Positions 1 to 12,700 of a DNA stretch of 64,000 nucleotides are shown here, in pieces. A model generated the notes under the pieces. The model made no database searches. It worked only from the letters and a program-made list of their open reading frames with translations, and was not told the DNA's origin. The stretch spans positions 1,276 through 65,275 of IMG/VR virus record IMGVR_UViG_3300042898_000589; one strand, given 5' to 3'. A program made the position numbers and the translations under genes. The stretch is from a virus (lineage: Duplodnaviria; Caudoviricetes). The first letter of the stretch is position 1. Each line of letters begins with the position of its first letter.

Positions 1-1236
1 GCCAATATTTTGCGATGAAACGGTTGCAGTCCCTGCAATCAATGTAATAGTACCATTTGTTAAATCACAGGTAAAAGTTGGCCTATTGCCAGTCCAAGCG
101 GTTACAGTTGCAAGCCTTAAGGTAACAGCTGTTACTTCTTTTGCTTTTGCGAAGAAACTAATTGTTTGTATTTGTCCAGTAGTTACGTTAACATTTTGGG
201 ATTGAAATGTTACTGCATTACCTCCCGTTGTTTGTTGAATGTAACTGGCATTTTGCGTTCCGTCTGGTGATATTGTGTTATTATCTGTAATTGTTAATTC
301 AGTTTTGAATGCCCAAGAATTAATTGCTTGAGAATATAGCATTGAGTTAGTGCGTTGGGGTTCGAGCAACAGACGCCCACAACTACTCAATGTCCCGTCT
401 GCGTTACGGAAGTCGATTCGTGGTACGTCTTGACGGTTGGTGGTTGGGAAGTAGTCAAGGGCGGAAGTGCCTTCAACGACTTGTGCTGCTTGGATTAGGA
501 TGTTGCCACTTGTTCCGCTCGTGGAGCCGTTCGCATCCGCCACAAAAATACGGACGGTTGAAACTGAATCTGTGAACGTAATTGAGCAACGATACCAACC
601 ACCACCAACAGACGAAATAGAAGAAGTACAACCAATTGTAGTGCCAAGCGTTCCGTCCTGTAAATTGAAATAAGCGGTTCTGTTTGAAGTTCCGTCTACC
701 CGAAGGAATATCCAATTTTTAGTTCCAGCCTTGGCGTATGCGCTAAAAGTATATGAACCGCTTGTCAGTGTAATGTTTTGGTCTACTCGTCCCGATGCAG
801 AACTTTTTGATAACAACCAAGCGTTATTCGTACCATCGTATCCTGTTTGGCCGCTTGTTAAGGTAGCAAAAGTAGTTGTCCAAGTTGTAGTGAACGTATT
901 GCTTTGCTGCAACAAATTCCACGGAGTACGTTCAATCACCCCTGCACTATTGGTACGGGTGGCATCAGATGCTCTCGTAAAGGTCAAGTCCCCTAATCCG
1001 CTGGTTGGCTTTTGGGCATATACTACGTCCTCCTTTATTCCATCGGGGACAAGTACCCAAGATGCAGGTTCTAACAGTCTGTCTTGGTTCAACTCATTAA
1101 TAGCAGCAGCGTCACAGGCAGTGTTCTGTAGTACTCCGCCAGCTTCTGTTACTCTTCTGATATATGAGGATACTAATGCTCTCCCTGCGTTAAATGCAGA
1201 GATGCCCTTCTGTAGTGATAGTCCTAATCCTAACAT
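1..1236 (-). CDS. Fibre/spike-like virion protein, paralog 2 (3'-truncated by window edge; missing from ORF track)
   Basis: ATG at 1236 (MLGLGLSLQKG...) with an open frame to base 1. Shares GDLTFTRASDAT, GGGWYRC, VPRIDF, RLLLEPQRTN motifs with 1240..3420 and 62571..64000. Confidence 0.85.
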   Translation of the reverse strand, partial: MLGLGLSLQKGISAFNAGRALVSSYIRRVTEAGGVLQNTACDAAAINELNQDRLLEPASWVLVPDGIKEDVVYAQKPTSGLGDLTFTRASDATRTNSAGVIERTPWNLLQQSNTFTTTWTTTFATLTSGQTGYDGTNNAWLLSKSSASGRVDQNITLTSGSYTFSAYAKAGTKNWIFLRVDGTSNRTAYFNLQDGTLGTTIGCTSSISSVGGGWYRCSITFTDSVSTVRIFVADANGSTSGTSGNILIQAAQVVEGTSALDYFPTTNRQDVPRIDFRNADGTLSSCGRLLLEPQRTNSMLYSQAINSWAFKTELTITDNNTISPDGTQNASYIQQTTGGNAVTFQSQNVNVTTGQIQTISFFAKAKEVTAVTLRLATVTAWTGNRPTFTCDLTNGTITLIAGTATVSSQNIG

Positions 1237-1239
1237 ATC

Positions 1240-3420
1240 TTATAAGGTTGTGAGTTCTGCCAGTTGGGCGTTGGTTAAAGCGGTTGGAAATAAAACCATT
1301 TGCCTTACATTACCATAAAAAGGAATACCTCCATCCCCACGGTCAAATCTAATAGCATTCAAAGTGTTTATAGAATAGGTGCTACCACTTGTATCAGTTC
1401 CAACCTGTACGCCATTAATCCATAACGAAAAATCGTTCGTTTTATATTTTATGGCTATCTTGTTATTATTTGTAAGTGTTTGAGCGCTAATTATTGAAAA
1501 TTGGTTAACCGCACCTACACGACCCACTGCTGAAGCATTACTCAAAGATAATTCAATATATATATTGTTATTATTCGTTCCATCGGAAATAGCTAACCTC
1601 ACTGTGTCATTTGACAATCCTTGAATTTCAGCAAATAAAACACCTTCTTGGCTGTTAATCAAACTTGAAACGCCCGTCTTACTTGCAGCGTCCGCAATCC
1701 TTGTCACCGCTGCCGTTGTTGTAGGTACCCACGTTGTAGCATAAGCGCCAAGCTCCATTTGTGGGGCTGCTATGCGGATGGTGAAGTCGTAGGCGGCTCC
1801 GTTGGTTAAATTTCCAAGAACACCATTTACAACACGAGCAGTAGTAGCACCGCCAGCGAGTGTTTCAGTTTGTGAAAATCTATTTAGATTGGATGTTGGT
1901 GTGATAGCAAAACTAACATCTCTTACATAAACACCTGCTGAGGTGTATTCAGCAAAAAGTGAACGATAATTATTTGGAGGATTAGGTAATGAAATCGTTT
2001 TAAGGTAAAAAGACCCCGTCCAAACTTGTCCATTTGCCGCTGTAATTCCTGTAACGGTTTCAAATGCTAATAGAACCGAAGTCCCCGTTGCAGTTCCGTT
2101 ATATCTTACGTCAACATACGGAAGACCATTTTCGGTGCCAGTTCCTACAATAGTCCGTGTAAGTCCAGCACCAAGAAGTTGAGTCCAATTCGTAGGCAAA
2201 GTACCAGGACTCCCCGCCACCGCTCCCACCATAGAGGAGTTGCGGATTGAGTTGGTGCGTTGGGGCTCTAATAGTAATCTTGGACAGGTGGACAGAGTTC
2301 CGTCTGCATTACTATAGTCTAAGCGGGGGACATTTAATCTGTCAGTAGTAGCAAAGTAAGGTAGGGCTTCGGTACCTTCAGCGAGTTGGGCTCCCCAAAC
2401 AAAGACGGATGTTGTTAAGGTGCTTGATTCTGCTCGGGCGGATGTAGCTGATGGAATAATATTAGCAAAGAAAGCACTACCAGAACCTGTAGCTGTTGCC
2501 GTTGCGGTCATAGTGCAGCGATACCATCCGTTTCCAACATTTGTTATTGTTGAGACAGCTCCCCCTCCAGAACTTCCTAACGTTCCATTTAGCAAGTCAA
2601 AATTTGCAAATACAATACCAGATGTATATATAGCACCAGTTCCAACTATTTGAATAAAATTATTAGTGCTTCTTTTCGCATAAATGCTCTGAGTATAAGT
2701 TACCCCATTAATTGAATTACCTACTTGTGTTAAACCGTGAAAAGTATTAGTCCCATCAGCGGTAAGAGTATCGGCAGTTAATGTGCCATTTGGAGCAACA
2801 GCCGAATTAATGGAAACCGTAGTTGCGCTCCTTCCCCAAATAGCATTATCAAACTGCTCACTAAACGTCACCAAATTCCAAGGGCTACGTCTTACAACTC
2901 CAGTAGAGTCAGTAAACGTAGCATCAGAACTGCGTGTGAAGGCTAAATCTCCAAGTGTACTCGTAGGCTTAAAGGCACGTACCCAGTCCTCCTCATACTG
3001 AGATGGAACCATAACCCAACTCGCATCGTCAAAGACACCTTGGGTTAGCAGTGCACTAATCTTCTGACTCAAGCACTGAGTACCCTCCTCGTAAAATCCT
3101 AAAGGAATACCTGACGCTGAGTACTGGTTTACAATCTCAGATATGTATGATGCGCCAGCAAGGTGCAGGATAGCATTACCACTATGAATAGTTACGGACG
3201 AGAACAAACCATAAATCTCCGTGCCCGCCAGCAAGAACTGACTGGACAGACTATCTCCCACATAGGAAGTAACGGAGACTACAGAATCGGTAGTAACAGT
3301 AATAGCACGAAACACATCCTCATACAGAGAAGTGTAAGGTCCAGTTACATCCTTAATACCATCAGCATTAAGACTCTGGCGGTAGAAGTTACTATCCGCC
3401 TGTATGTTTGCGTAGCCCAT
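1240..3420 (-). CDS. Fibre/spike-like virion protein, paralog 1, with repeated beta-sandwich (carbohydrate-binding-like) modules and a LamG-like C-terminus
   Basis: 726 aa, T/G/S/A-rich. Motifs FTRSSDAT, NGWYRC, VWGAQL, RLLLEPQRTN, QMELGAYATTWVPTT. C-terminal KIAIKY..SLWING. Lies in the tail gene block. Confidence 0.75.
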   Translation of the reverse strand: MGYANIQADSNFYRQSLNADGIKDVTGPYTSLYEDVFRAITVTTDSVVSVTSYVGDSLSSQFLLAGTEIYGLFSSVTIHSGNAILHLAGASYISEIVNQYSASGIPLGFYEEGTQCLSQKISALLTQGVFDDASWVMVPSQYEEDWVRAFKPTSTLGDLAFTRSSDATFTDSTGVVRRSPWNLVTFSEQFDNAIWGRSATTVSINSAVAPNGTLTADTLTADGTNTFHGLTQVGNSINGVTYTQSIYAKRSTNNFIQIVGTGAIYTSGIVFANFDLLNGTLGSSGGGAVSTITNVGNGWYRCTMTATATATGSGSAFFANIIPSATSARAESSTLTTSVFVWGAQLAEGTEALPYFATTDRLNVPRLDYSNADGTLSTCPRLLLEPQRTNSIRNSSMVGAVAGSPGTLPTNWTQLLGAGLTRTIVGTGTENGLPYVDVRYNGTATGTSVLLAFETVTGITAANGQVWTGSFYLKTISLPNPPNNYRSLFAEYTSAGVYVRDVSFAITPTSNLNRFSQTETLAGGATTARVVNGVLGNLTNGAAYDFTIRIAAPQMELGAYATTWVPTTTAAVTRIADAASKTGVSSLINSQEGVLFAEIQGLSNDTVRLAISDGTNNNNIYIELSLSNASAVGRVGAVNQFSIISAQTLTNNNKIAIKYKTNDFSLWINGVQVGTDTSGSTYSINTLNAIRFDRGDGGIPFYGNVRQMVLFPTALTNAQLAELTTL

Positions 3421-3426
3421 AACTAA

Positions 3427-3693
3427 TTAGGCTATGTACGCTAATACAGTTCCAGACGTTACAGTTACGGAGGAGAAGAGACCATATACCCCTAAACCTG
3501 TAGGCAGGGTGGCAGCAGTTAAGCTATCACCTGCAAGTGCAGTAGCACTTACTACAGAGTCTACCAAGGGTACGATAACACGGTACTCCTCTCCTGCCAC
3601 AGGCACGAATGAAGAAGTAATCCGTCTAAAGCCCTTCTGTCCGAACGATTGTCGGAAGTAGTTGGGGGCTGCGTTAATGTTTTCAAATGCCAT
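3427..3693 (-). CDS. Small virion protein, stand-alone copy of the N-terminal domain of 1240..3420
   Basis: NYFRQSFG/DSVVSAT/GDSL/YGLFSSVTV aligns with NFYRQSLN/DSVVSVT/GDSL/YGLFSSVTI. ATG at 3693. Confidence 0.75.
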   Translation of the reverse strand: MAFENINAAPNYFRQSFGQKGFRRITSSFVPVAGEEYRVIVPLVDSVVSATALAGDSLTAATLPTGLGVYGLFSSVTVTSGTVLAYIA

Positions 3694-3742
3694 AGCCAAT
3701 AGTTTTTAGGTTCAAGGGTCAAGGTGCAATGCTATGCAGGTA

Positions 3743-3750
3743 CAAATTTA
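3743..3750 (-). promoter_or_regulatory. Bacteroidota -7 promoter element TAAATTTG
   Basis: Matches TAnnTTTG. Overlaps the stop codon of the giant gene, upstream of 3427..3693. Confidence 0.55.
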
Positions 3751-6700
3751 GTTATCCTCTAGCAGTTCTTTTTGTTTATTTATAGCTTGTCTAGTTTTGA
3801 ATCTGGTGTACTTGGCGAACGTCTTGTCCATCTCCTTTTCGAACTTGTCTCCACCGTTAGGGTACTGATTAATTAACCTCTTTACTTCTTGGCGGAAGTC
3901 CTTCTCTTTATTGAGGTCGTCCCTCAAATAATCCAAAGTTATATCACGCACATCATTGTAAACTGGGACAAGACCTAGGTGACCTCCAAACTCCAAAGGA
4001 ACTCGAATCTTTAGTTCTTTTAATTTCTCCTTGCGGCTGTCAGCTGTTTTGTTGTTTATCGCACCGTTTGCAAGTTTGAACGTACTAATGAATGTTCTAG
4101 CCACAGGACTGAGTGGACCAGCAAATGCAGCAACAAAGCTTGCAATCTTTTCATTAGAGTTGCCTGGGGTCATCGCTGATGACAGCTGATTCATAAGTAT
4201 GTTGTTCTCGAATGGGTCATAGTCTTTACCGTTGCGTAAGAACTGTCCGTACTCTTCGTTAGCAGTCTCCACCAACAGACCGTTGATGTTCTTGACTACG
4301 TTACCAAAGTTCCTGTTAATGAAGATGTTAGCAAGAGCTCCACCAATAGAGCGGTATAGCTTTGGTAGAGTATCTGCGTTTGGCAAGATAGCTTCCATCA
4401 AGTCCTCTTCTTCCTCTTCTTCGTCCAGTCCCGCCAATCCAAGATTTGCCAAAGCAGATTGAGCCAATGCAGACATTATACCACCGATGTAGCTAGAGGC
4501 CATAACGTATACGATAGAACGCATAGCTACTCCTGTAAGTAATGCAGCGCCTTCCTTTCTAGAGATGGAGCCATTGCCTATCATTGCGTAGATGGCACGT
4601 CTTGCTGTGTTGTACTCAAAGATTGCAAAGCGGGAGATGAAACCATTCACTGCCTTGTATATCTTCTTGCTGCTAGTATCCTTCTCGTTAACTCTAAGCT
4701 TAGCAATAGTCTCGTATGGGTTGTTACTAGCTGCTGCTTGAGTTACTTGCTTATCCGCTTCCTTAGATGCTTTCTTGATGGAGTCTCTGTTAGCTTCCAT
4801 ATAAGCTTCGTCGTTGTCGGAAATCTTCTTGAGGTCTGGCTCCTTGCCAGTTAGTTCTTTGAAGCTGTTCTCAAATGCTCCAAACCAAATGGGGCGGGAG
4901 ACCATAGCATCAGGAGTAGACATTAAGAAGTCAGCTACATCAGCTATCTTGTTAGTTGCTATTCTTCCAAGCTTAGAGATTCTAGCCATCTTGTTGATAA
5001 CATCAGGCTGCATCTCGGTCTTCACTCCACCCGTATTTCTGAATCCACTCTTCTCTACCTGTGGGCTGGTGAGTGTCTCTCCTCCAAACAATCTAGTAGT
5101 GTGAACAGAACCCACGTTACGAAGCACATCACCAGCAGAGATGTCGTTGTCTAGTTTGTAGTAAGACTTGACACCAGCAGTGAACTGCGCTGGATTAGAG
5201 ATAGCAAATGTTATGTTAGATGCGGTCTCTGCGATTGCTCTACGTACAGATGCAAGTACAGCACGGTAACCATTGGTAACCAGAGTATCTGTGATGTCTG
5301 GAGACATAGAGGAACCTACAGCATTAGCCAGTACTCCCTCATTGAATCCTTGCATCAGTGACTCGACAGCTGTTAAGTTCTGTCTCTGGTTCACCATATC
5401 TTTTGATGCGGCGAGCGTACCATTAACCTGTTTTATAGCAGGAGTCATATGGTAGTCCAACAACGTCATCTTCAGACCACGTACTGCAGTTTGATATGGG
5501 TCAAGGTTGATTGGGTTCACCTTACCAGTACGAGTAATCAAAGACTTCGCCTTGGTAGATGCAGTGTAGCGCTCAGTGAATGCATCAATCTCCTTGAGTG
5601 GATTGTTGTTACCATCGTTGAACACTTGGATGTGTACGTAGTTGTCACGGGCTTCAATACCCTCACCACGAATGACATCAGATACGTGAACAGCCTTGTC
5701 TCTAATAGAACCGTTAACCTCATCGATAGCTTTGATAAGATTCTTCTCCGCTGGAGTCAAGCTCTTCTCTATCTTCTCGGTAGATACCTGACCATCCTCA
5801 GAGAATTTGGTTAGCTGCTCTCTTAGCTCGGCAGCAGTTGCCTCATTGTACAACTTACCTTCTTCAATAGCGTCTATGGTAGCCTTAATCCACTCTACTG
5901 CGGGACGAACCTCGGGGTTGCCTACGTTGGTCTCGTACTCTCGCTGGATAAGGTACATCTGTATCTTATACATAGAAGAGCGGAACTCGTTGTCGCTTTT
6001 CTTAGCCTCGTATAGCCTTTTTTCGGCTGTGTTTAGTTTGTTAACAGCTACATCAAAGTCACGCTGGAATCTAGAGAACGCACTAGCCATTGGGCGGATA
6101 AGCGTGTCATAGATAGGTGTGGTCTTGAAGTTACCGAATACCTCATCAATGAATGCGGCGGGGTTACGCTCAGCAGCAAGACGAACAGTACCAGTCTCCG
6201 TAGCCTTTCTACCCATAAGGCGCATCAAGGCTCCCTTGACGTTTACAATAATCTTCTCACCAAGTGGGAGAGATACTTTGTTCAGTGCAGACGCTAGCTT
6301 CTTACCATCGTTGATGCTCACCAACTTGCGACGAACAACCTCTCCCATATGGGGAAGGAATCCGTTGTTGATGTTGTCTATTACCAACAGTAACTTGCGC
6401 AAGTCTTGACTAGTCATCTCACTAGCTGCATCCAAGTTGTCTTGAATAGCTGTAGCGATAGCTCTATCGTCTCTGTTCTCTAGTGCGTTTACGTTGATGT
6501 CGACGTTGGAAAGCTCCTCCTCAAGGGCAGCACGTGCCTCTTGGCTCTCTGCTCTCTTACCCGCACTAGCTACCTTAGCTTCACTGAGGATGATGGACTT
6601 GTAACGCTTCATCATCTCCTTCTCCTTCTCTGTGATTAGACCTTCGCTCTTCATCTTGTCAAGGACTTTAGAGTAGGCTTCTTCACCAAGGTTGTTGGAG

Positions 6701-9700
6701 GATATGAAGTCGTTGTACATCTCACCCAATTCAATGAGGCGTCCAGCTTCTGCATCGATGTTATTAAGGATATTGTTCAGCGTAGTCTCCATTGCTCTTC
6801 TATCAGCAAGTGGGAGAACAGTCTGTTTAGCACCGAGACGTGTAACGATAGCGATGTAGTCATCAAAGGACTCATCGGGAATCATAGAGGCGTCAATAGA
6901 CAACACACGTTGGAACAGTGGCTTGATGGTGGAGTTACCAATGCGTCCAGACTGAATGTTCTTCAGTGCCTTCTTTCTGTTGGTGTTCAGCTGCTTTCTT
7001 AGCTGAGTGTTAATCTCCTTCTTGACAGCGTTCATTGCTCTGTCTACCTCCAATGCATAGGTTGCTGGAGATACACGCTCAATGGTACGTAGGATTCTGT
7101 TAAGGTTGCCAGCAGATACGGTGCTGATATGCTTATCCTCTTTGAGTTTAGCAATGGTTCTTCTTAACTGCTGAACGAACTCAGTCTTGTCAAGCTTACC
7201 CGCTACCTCTTGGAAGTTCTTGAATGCTGCAGCAATAGTCTTAGCGTTGCCAGACTCAAGGATAGCATTGATGTAGCCATCCATTGCTGTCTCTATCTTA
7301 GCCTTCTGCTCTTTAGCTTCTTGCTTGACTTTAGCTTTAGCCTCTTGCTCTGCTTTGAACTTACGAGCAGCTTCACTCATACCCTTTTCGCGGGCAGCCA
7401 TACGTTCGTTACGCTTGGCTTCTGCTGCCTTACGTATTTCTTCAATGCGCTGCTTGAGTGGTGCCTTACCGTCCGCTTTACGCTGGCGTGTCGCCTGAGG
7501 CTCTCTAGACATAGAGCGGAACAGCTCCTTGTTCTTGGAAGTGGTAGACTCAGAAACAAATCCAAACTTGCTATAGAAGTCAGTGACGAGTCTGTCAGCC
7601 ATCTTCTCCAACTGCCTGTCGGTGAATTTCCTATCTCTTTCTTTGTCGTATTGGAATCTTCTTGTTGGGTATGCGTCAAGAGCTAGCTTAATACCAAGGT
7701 CATCAGCTGCTTGAATGATTCTGTTCATCAGACGGGTGCCAGCTCCTTTGCCAGCCCCATCTGTATCAAGGGCTTCAATAGCTTCGATGTATACATCTCC
7801 ATTGAGGTTGAGACCTAGTTCGACGTTCATATCCATCGACTCGCTACCATTTGCAAAGTCACCGAACAAGAATCCACCACGAAGGGTTGGACTTGGGAAC
7901 AGATATACATCCTCCTGCTCTGCGATATGTGCAAACATATCAGCAACTTTCTCGTAGGTGGTTTTGTACTTCTTAAGGTACTGGAAATCATCGTCCATAT
8001 AGTAGACTCTCATTTCCTGTGGAGTGAAAACGTCGTCACTAGTTGATGGGAAGAACTTCCGCAACTTCTTGTCAATACCCTCCCTCGCTTCTTGTAATGT
8101 CTGCTTAGCTTTCTTCTGGCGTGGCTGTATATCCATATCACCAGGAGCTTCGAGCTGGTCGTTGACAAGCAGTGACTCTACTGCGTTGTCTTGCAACTCA
8201 ATACCAGTTCTAATCAGTTCAACTTGAGAGTCAAAGGTTTTGTTTGCAATGTCTTCAAGGTGCTTTATTCCTTGTACCTTTGCCGCCTCTAGATAAAGCT
8301 TTCTGTTTGATTCAAGCAATCTCTGAGCCTCCTCTGGGTTATCTGACTGGTGATTGAGTATTGTGGTTATATCAACAGTAGGAAAGTTAGGTAATCCAAT
8401 CTCTGTAAGTGCTGGGAAGTAATCACTGTATGGATTATTTCCAAATAAAGGAGAGCTAAAGGTTCCAATTGATTTAATGGATGAGAATATTCCATCGTTT
8501 ACCTTCGTGGGCAAATATAGTTCACCAACACTATTAAGTTTAGATGGTTCTTTTAAGTTTGCAGCATTAGGTATGAATAACATACCACCAACTTCCCTTA
8601 AGTTACCAAGAGATTTTCCAGTGAAGTTATTCATATATAAATTACCAGACACATACTCGACATCACTTATAGACTCCGCATAGAATACGTGGATTTTATT
8701 AATTGATTTTAACTTACCAAGAGACTTCAATAAAGAATATTGTGCGAATATTGAATTGGCCTCTTTTAGTGACGGCAACTCTAATAAAAGATTATTTCTG
8801 TTGGCAAACTCATAAAATGGTTTGAAGTCTATAACTCCACCACGCGCCGCTCTTGATATATCTGCGTCAATTTTTGTAATCTCATCCCTAGCCTCACTAC
8901 TTAGATTAACGTATTCTATATTCAACTTCCCTACTGATTCTAAGGAGTTCAGCTTAACGTCATTTCTAACATATAATTTATCAGCCTTCTTCAATGAGGA
9001 TAGGTCAGATATATACTTGGTAGAATACGGGTCTATTTCACCAACAGTCTCCAACGACGGAAGCGCAATAGACATTTCTTTAAAACCAAATTTATCCAGC
9101 AACTTATTATTGATAGATATATCTCTAGCACTCTCTAACGCGTTTAGATTGGGAGAGCTGTCTCTGATTGACAATTCTCCAACACTTTTCAGCGACGGGA
9201 ATGACACAGACACGGGTTGAAATGTAGGGTCACCAACAGGACGCTCCCTTAAAGAACCATCTAAAAGTCTTAATATGCCACCTACCGATTCAAGTGAATT
9301 AACATCAAAAGATTCGCTACCAGTATACTCTAAGTTCCCAGTTACGGTCTTTAGTTTGGGCAAATCAAATCTTGAATTAGTATTAAAATTGCCATAAACA
9401 GAAGTCAAGCTATTTAACTTTAAGTCTGTATTTAGCCTGCCGCCTGTGTCTATTAAATCACCAAAGAATACTTCAACATTCTCTAAGCTAAATTGCCCCG
9501 TATTCCTTGGCAACATCAATGGCAACCAGCCTTCATTAAATATGTATTTCGTTTTATTCGTTGGATATTCTTCGCGTGTGTAATTAAATGAATCATTAAA
9601 ATAAATTTCATCTTTAATTTCGTCAGTTACCTGCCCGTTATTTACTTTCCTCTTTATGAAATTTACTATCTTAGAGATGTCTGCGTTTGGAGATTTAGAA

Positions 9701-12700
9701 AACTCGATAACGTCATCAATTGATTTTCTATTTATTATTGGGTTCTCTCTCTTGAAGTCCTTGAACTTTTTAGAGAATTCTATTGAACGTAAATATTGTT
9801 CACCGCCATTTACTTCCTCGAGCAGAAATTTCTCAGCGGTTGCAAGCATACCGTCTTCAATATCTTGCCTGTTACCATTCTCTATGCCACGAGCTTCAGC
9901 AACTTTGTCGCCATACATCCTAACAGCTATTCTTGGAGCTGGCTTCTCTTCACCAGTTACAAAGACATAGAAGTCTCCATCTTTTAATTGCTTATATGCG
10001 AGCTCCTTAGTACACCAAGGAGTGTCCTGCACCAACTGAGAAAGGGCTGACGCCTCCTCATTAATGTCTGGATTATCTCTACCCTCAAACTTAACCCATC
10101 TACCCTTGTCAGTCTTCTGGTATTTGTGCGCATCAATTACATTGAATGCGTTGTCGTACATAAACTGAACATAATCCTTTAGCAGTTCCTTTGAGTCAGA
10201 CTCATATAGTTTTGCCAGGATACCAGAGTCGAACGTAGTTATACCACGCATCGTATCTGCAGTACGCTTCTTGTATTGCCCAGTGTTGAGGTCGTAGTTG
10301 AACGTAAGAGCGGCGTCAAGAATCATATACTTGAATGCATCGTCATAGCTAGACTGCTCAAGGTATTTAATCCATCTACCTATCTCACGCTTCTGTGTGT
10401 CTGCGTACTGGTTAATATACTGTTGCTGTGTTTCACTTTCTCCAGCTTTACTTATTAATGAATCTTTATACGATTCACTAATTTCCCCCCTGTCGTAAGC
10501 TTCCTCAGCCTCGTTGATTATGGTTTCCTTAAGAGCCTGACCCCCCTTGTACATAAATGGAATCTCACCCTCATAGGTTTCGTTAGTCAGGTACTCTTGG
10601 ACAACATCATTAAACTTCTTGGATACAGCTTCCTTGACACCAGTCTCTGTGAACTTTACTCCAGACAGACCGATGCTCTCCATAGCCTGAGCCATACGCT
10701 GGTCAACTACGCCAATCTTGGAGTACTTGATTACATCCTTTTCTGTTAATGTAATAAGTCCCTTGCGCTTGCGTACATCCTTACGTACCTGTTCTCCTAC
10801 TGGAGTGTCTACCAACTTGTCAATGATAGCCAAGTCCTCGTTGGTAATCTCTTTCCCTGATATAGTCTTGCGGGCGATGGTGTTAAGCATAGCCATCACC
10901 TGCGCATCGTCAAGCTTTGTCTGCAGGTCAACGCCAAATGCATCAGCAAAGTCTTGGATGAACTTCTTGATTGCATTCTTGAATGACTGAATCGCCTTCT
11001 CAGACAGACCATAGGTTCTGTTACCAGCGTAGAAGTCAGACAGGATAGCAACAAGCTCAGCTAGCTTTTCCTCGTCTTTGAAGTTATCCTTGTACTGGCT
11101 AGAGAAGTCCTCTAGGAAGTTATAGATTTCGCTGTCCTTGCCTAATATGCGCTTGATAGATTCTATCATAGTGCTAGCAATGCGCTGGGCAGTGGGGTCG
11201 TTCTTTACTTTATTTAAGAATACGGCGTGGAATACTTCGTGTGCTATCGTAGATGGAGTAGCACGAGTACCGTTAATGTGGATAGTCTTGGTAGATGGAT
11301 TGTATTGTCCGTGCTCAGCATCTCCAGTAGCTCTGGAGTATTCAGCTACGTCATTGTATACTACAATCTTTAGGTCGGGCATAATCTTGGCTACTGCCTT
11401 TCTTGCCGTCTCTGCTATCTTACTAAGCTTCTTGAACGTGGGAGTTCCGTCAGCCATTCTTCTTCTGTTGAGGACGTCTGGGTTGATACCAGACTTGAGC
11501 AAGAGAGCTCTCTGTGCTTCTCTTAGCTTCTCCGCTTCTGTCTTGCGGGAGGTAGTTGGTTCTTCAGCCGTAACTACTGGAGCTTCCTCCTTAGCTAACT
11601 GAACACCAGCATCCTTAAAGAACTTAACGTAGTCATCACTGTTGAACAGGTTGACGTAGCCGTCTCTGCCAATGGATGTCTTGGCAATGTCTTCCGTTAG
11701 TCCAGAGTCTACGTGCTTATTGAACAGCTCAACGAACTTCTTTGTGGGAAGTTTCTTGTACGCCTCAGCTAACTTAGTCTTGATGTATGCAGGACTGTAT
11801 ACACCAGGGCGAGCGAAGGGTTGAACAGTAGGAGCTTCCATAGCTGGAGCTACTGGAGCATCAGCTGCTTGCTGTTGGGCTGCGATTTTCTTTGCGGTAA
11901 CTCTATCTACGTAATCTCCTAAACCACTGTTCTCAACTAAAGAAGCTGTAACATCATTTGCCACAGCATCAATATCTATACCTAGATTAGCAACAGCACT
12001 CTCGAAAGCTTGATAGTCATCTTTACTTATATCAAAAGCTTCATCTGATAAAATATAGCCAAGCCGCTCTGACATTGGCACACGCTTATTTTCAACACTG
12101 TAAGTGAATCCTGGGTCAACATACTTTCTCACAAACGCAAGTCTACTCCTGTCTGACTTGAACTTGTCGCTATACAATATCTTATTTAGTATGTTAGAGA
12201 ATATAGTTTTAGAAGACCTTGGATTATCATCACTAAGGAATAGCAACTCCTTGGCAGTTAGACTTACAGGACTAGACGGAGAGGCTGTAGCAACAGGCTC
12301 TACGGCTGCTTTAGGAGCCTTCTGCTGCACTTTCTTTTGTAGCTTGACCTTCGCCTTACCTACATCTTTTTTAAGCGCCTTAGCCTCTTCTCTGTACTGA
12401 CCGATGATGGCGTTAGATTCGTTCTTCGCATCCTCCAGCTCAGCCCTTAAACTTGCTACAAGCTCCGCCTTCTCTGGCGCTGAAAGTTTGCTGACTCTAG
12501 CTTCCTTTATCTGCTCAGCAATCTCTGCCTTGCGCTCCACGAAGTTATCCTTCTCAATCTGGATGTCATCCTCTAGTGCTCTTAGCTGTTGCTCTTGAGT
12601 CTCTAGGTCGAGTTCTTCTTGAGTCTTCTCAACCTTAGGTGCGGGAGCTTCTTCAGCAACTGGTGCTTCCTCTACAGTTTCTGTAGCTGTTACATCAACT

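Noticed and set aside
731-1318. 195-aa plus-strand ORF and neighbouring short ORFs in the track
   Set aside because: Shadows of the minus-strand fibre gene 1..1236, which the track missed because it runs off the window.
1-3420. Diversity-generating retroelement or invertase shufflon acting on fibre genes
   Set aside because: No reverse transcriptase, no adenine-specific template/variable repeat pair, no recombinase, and all copies share one orientation.
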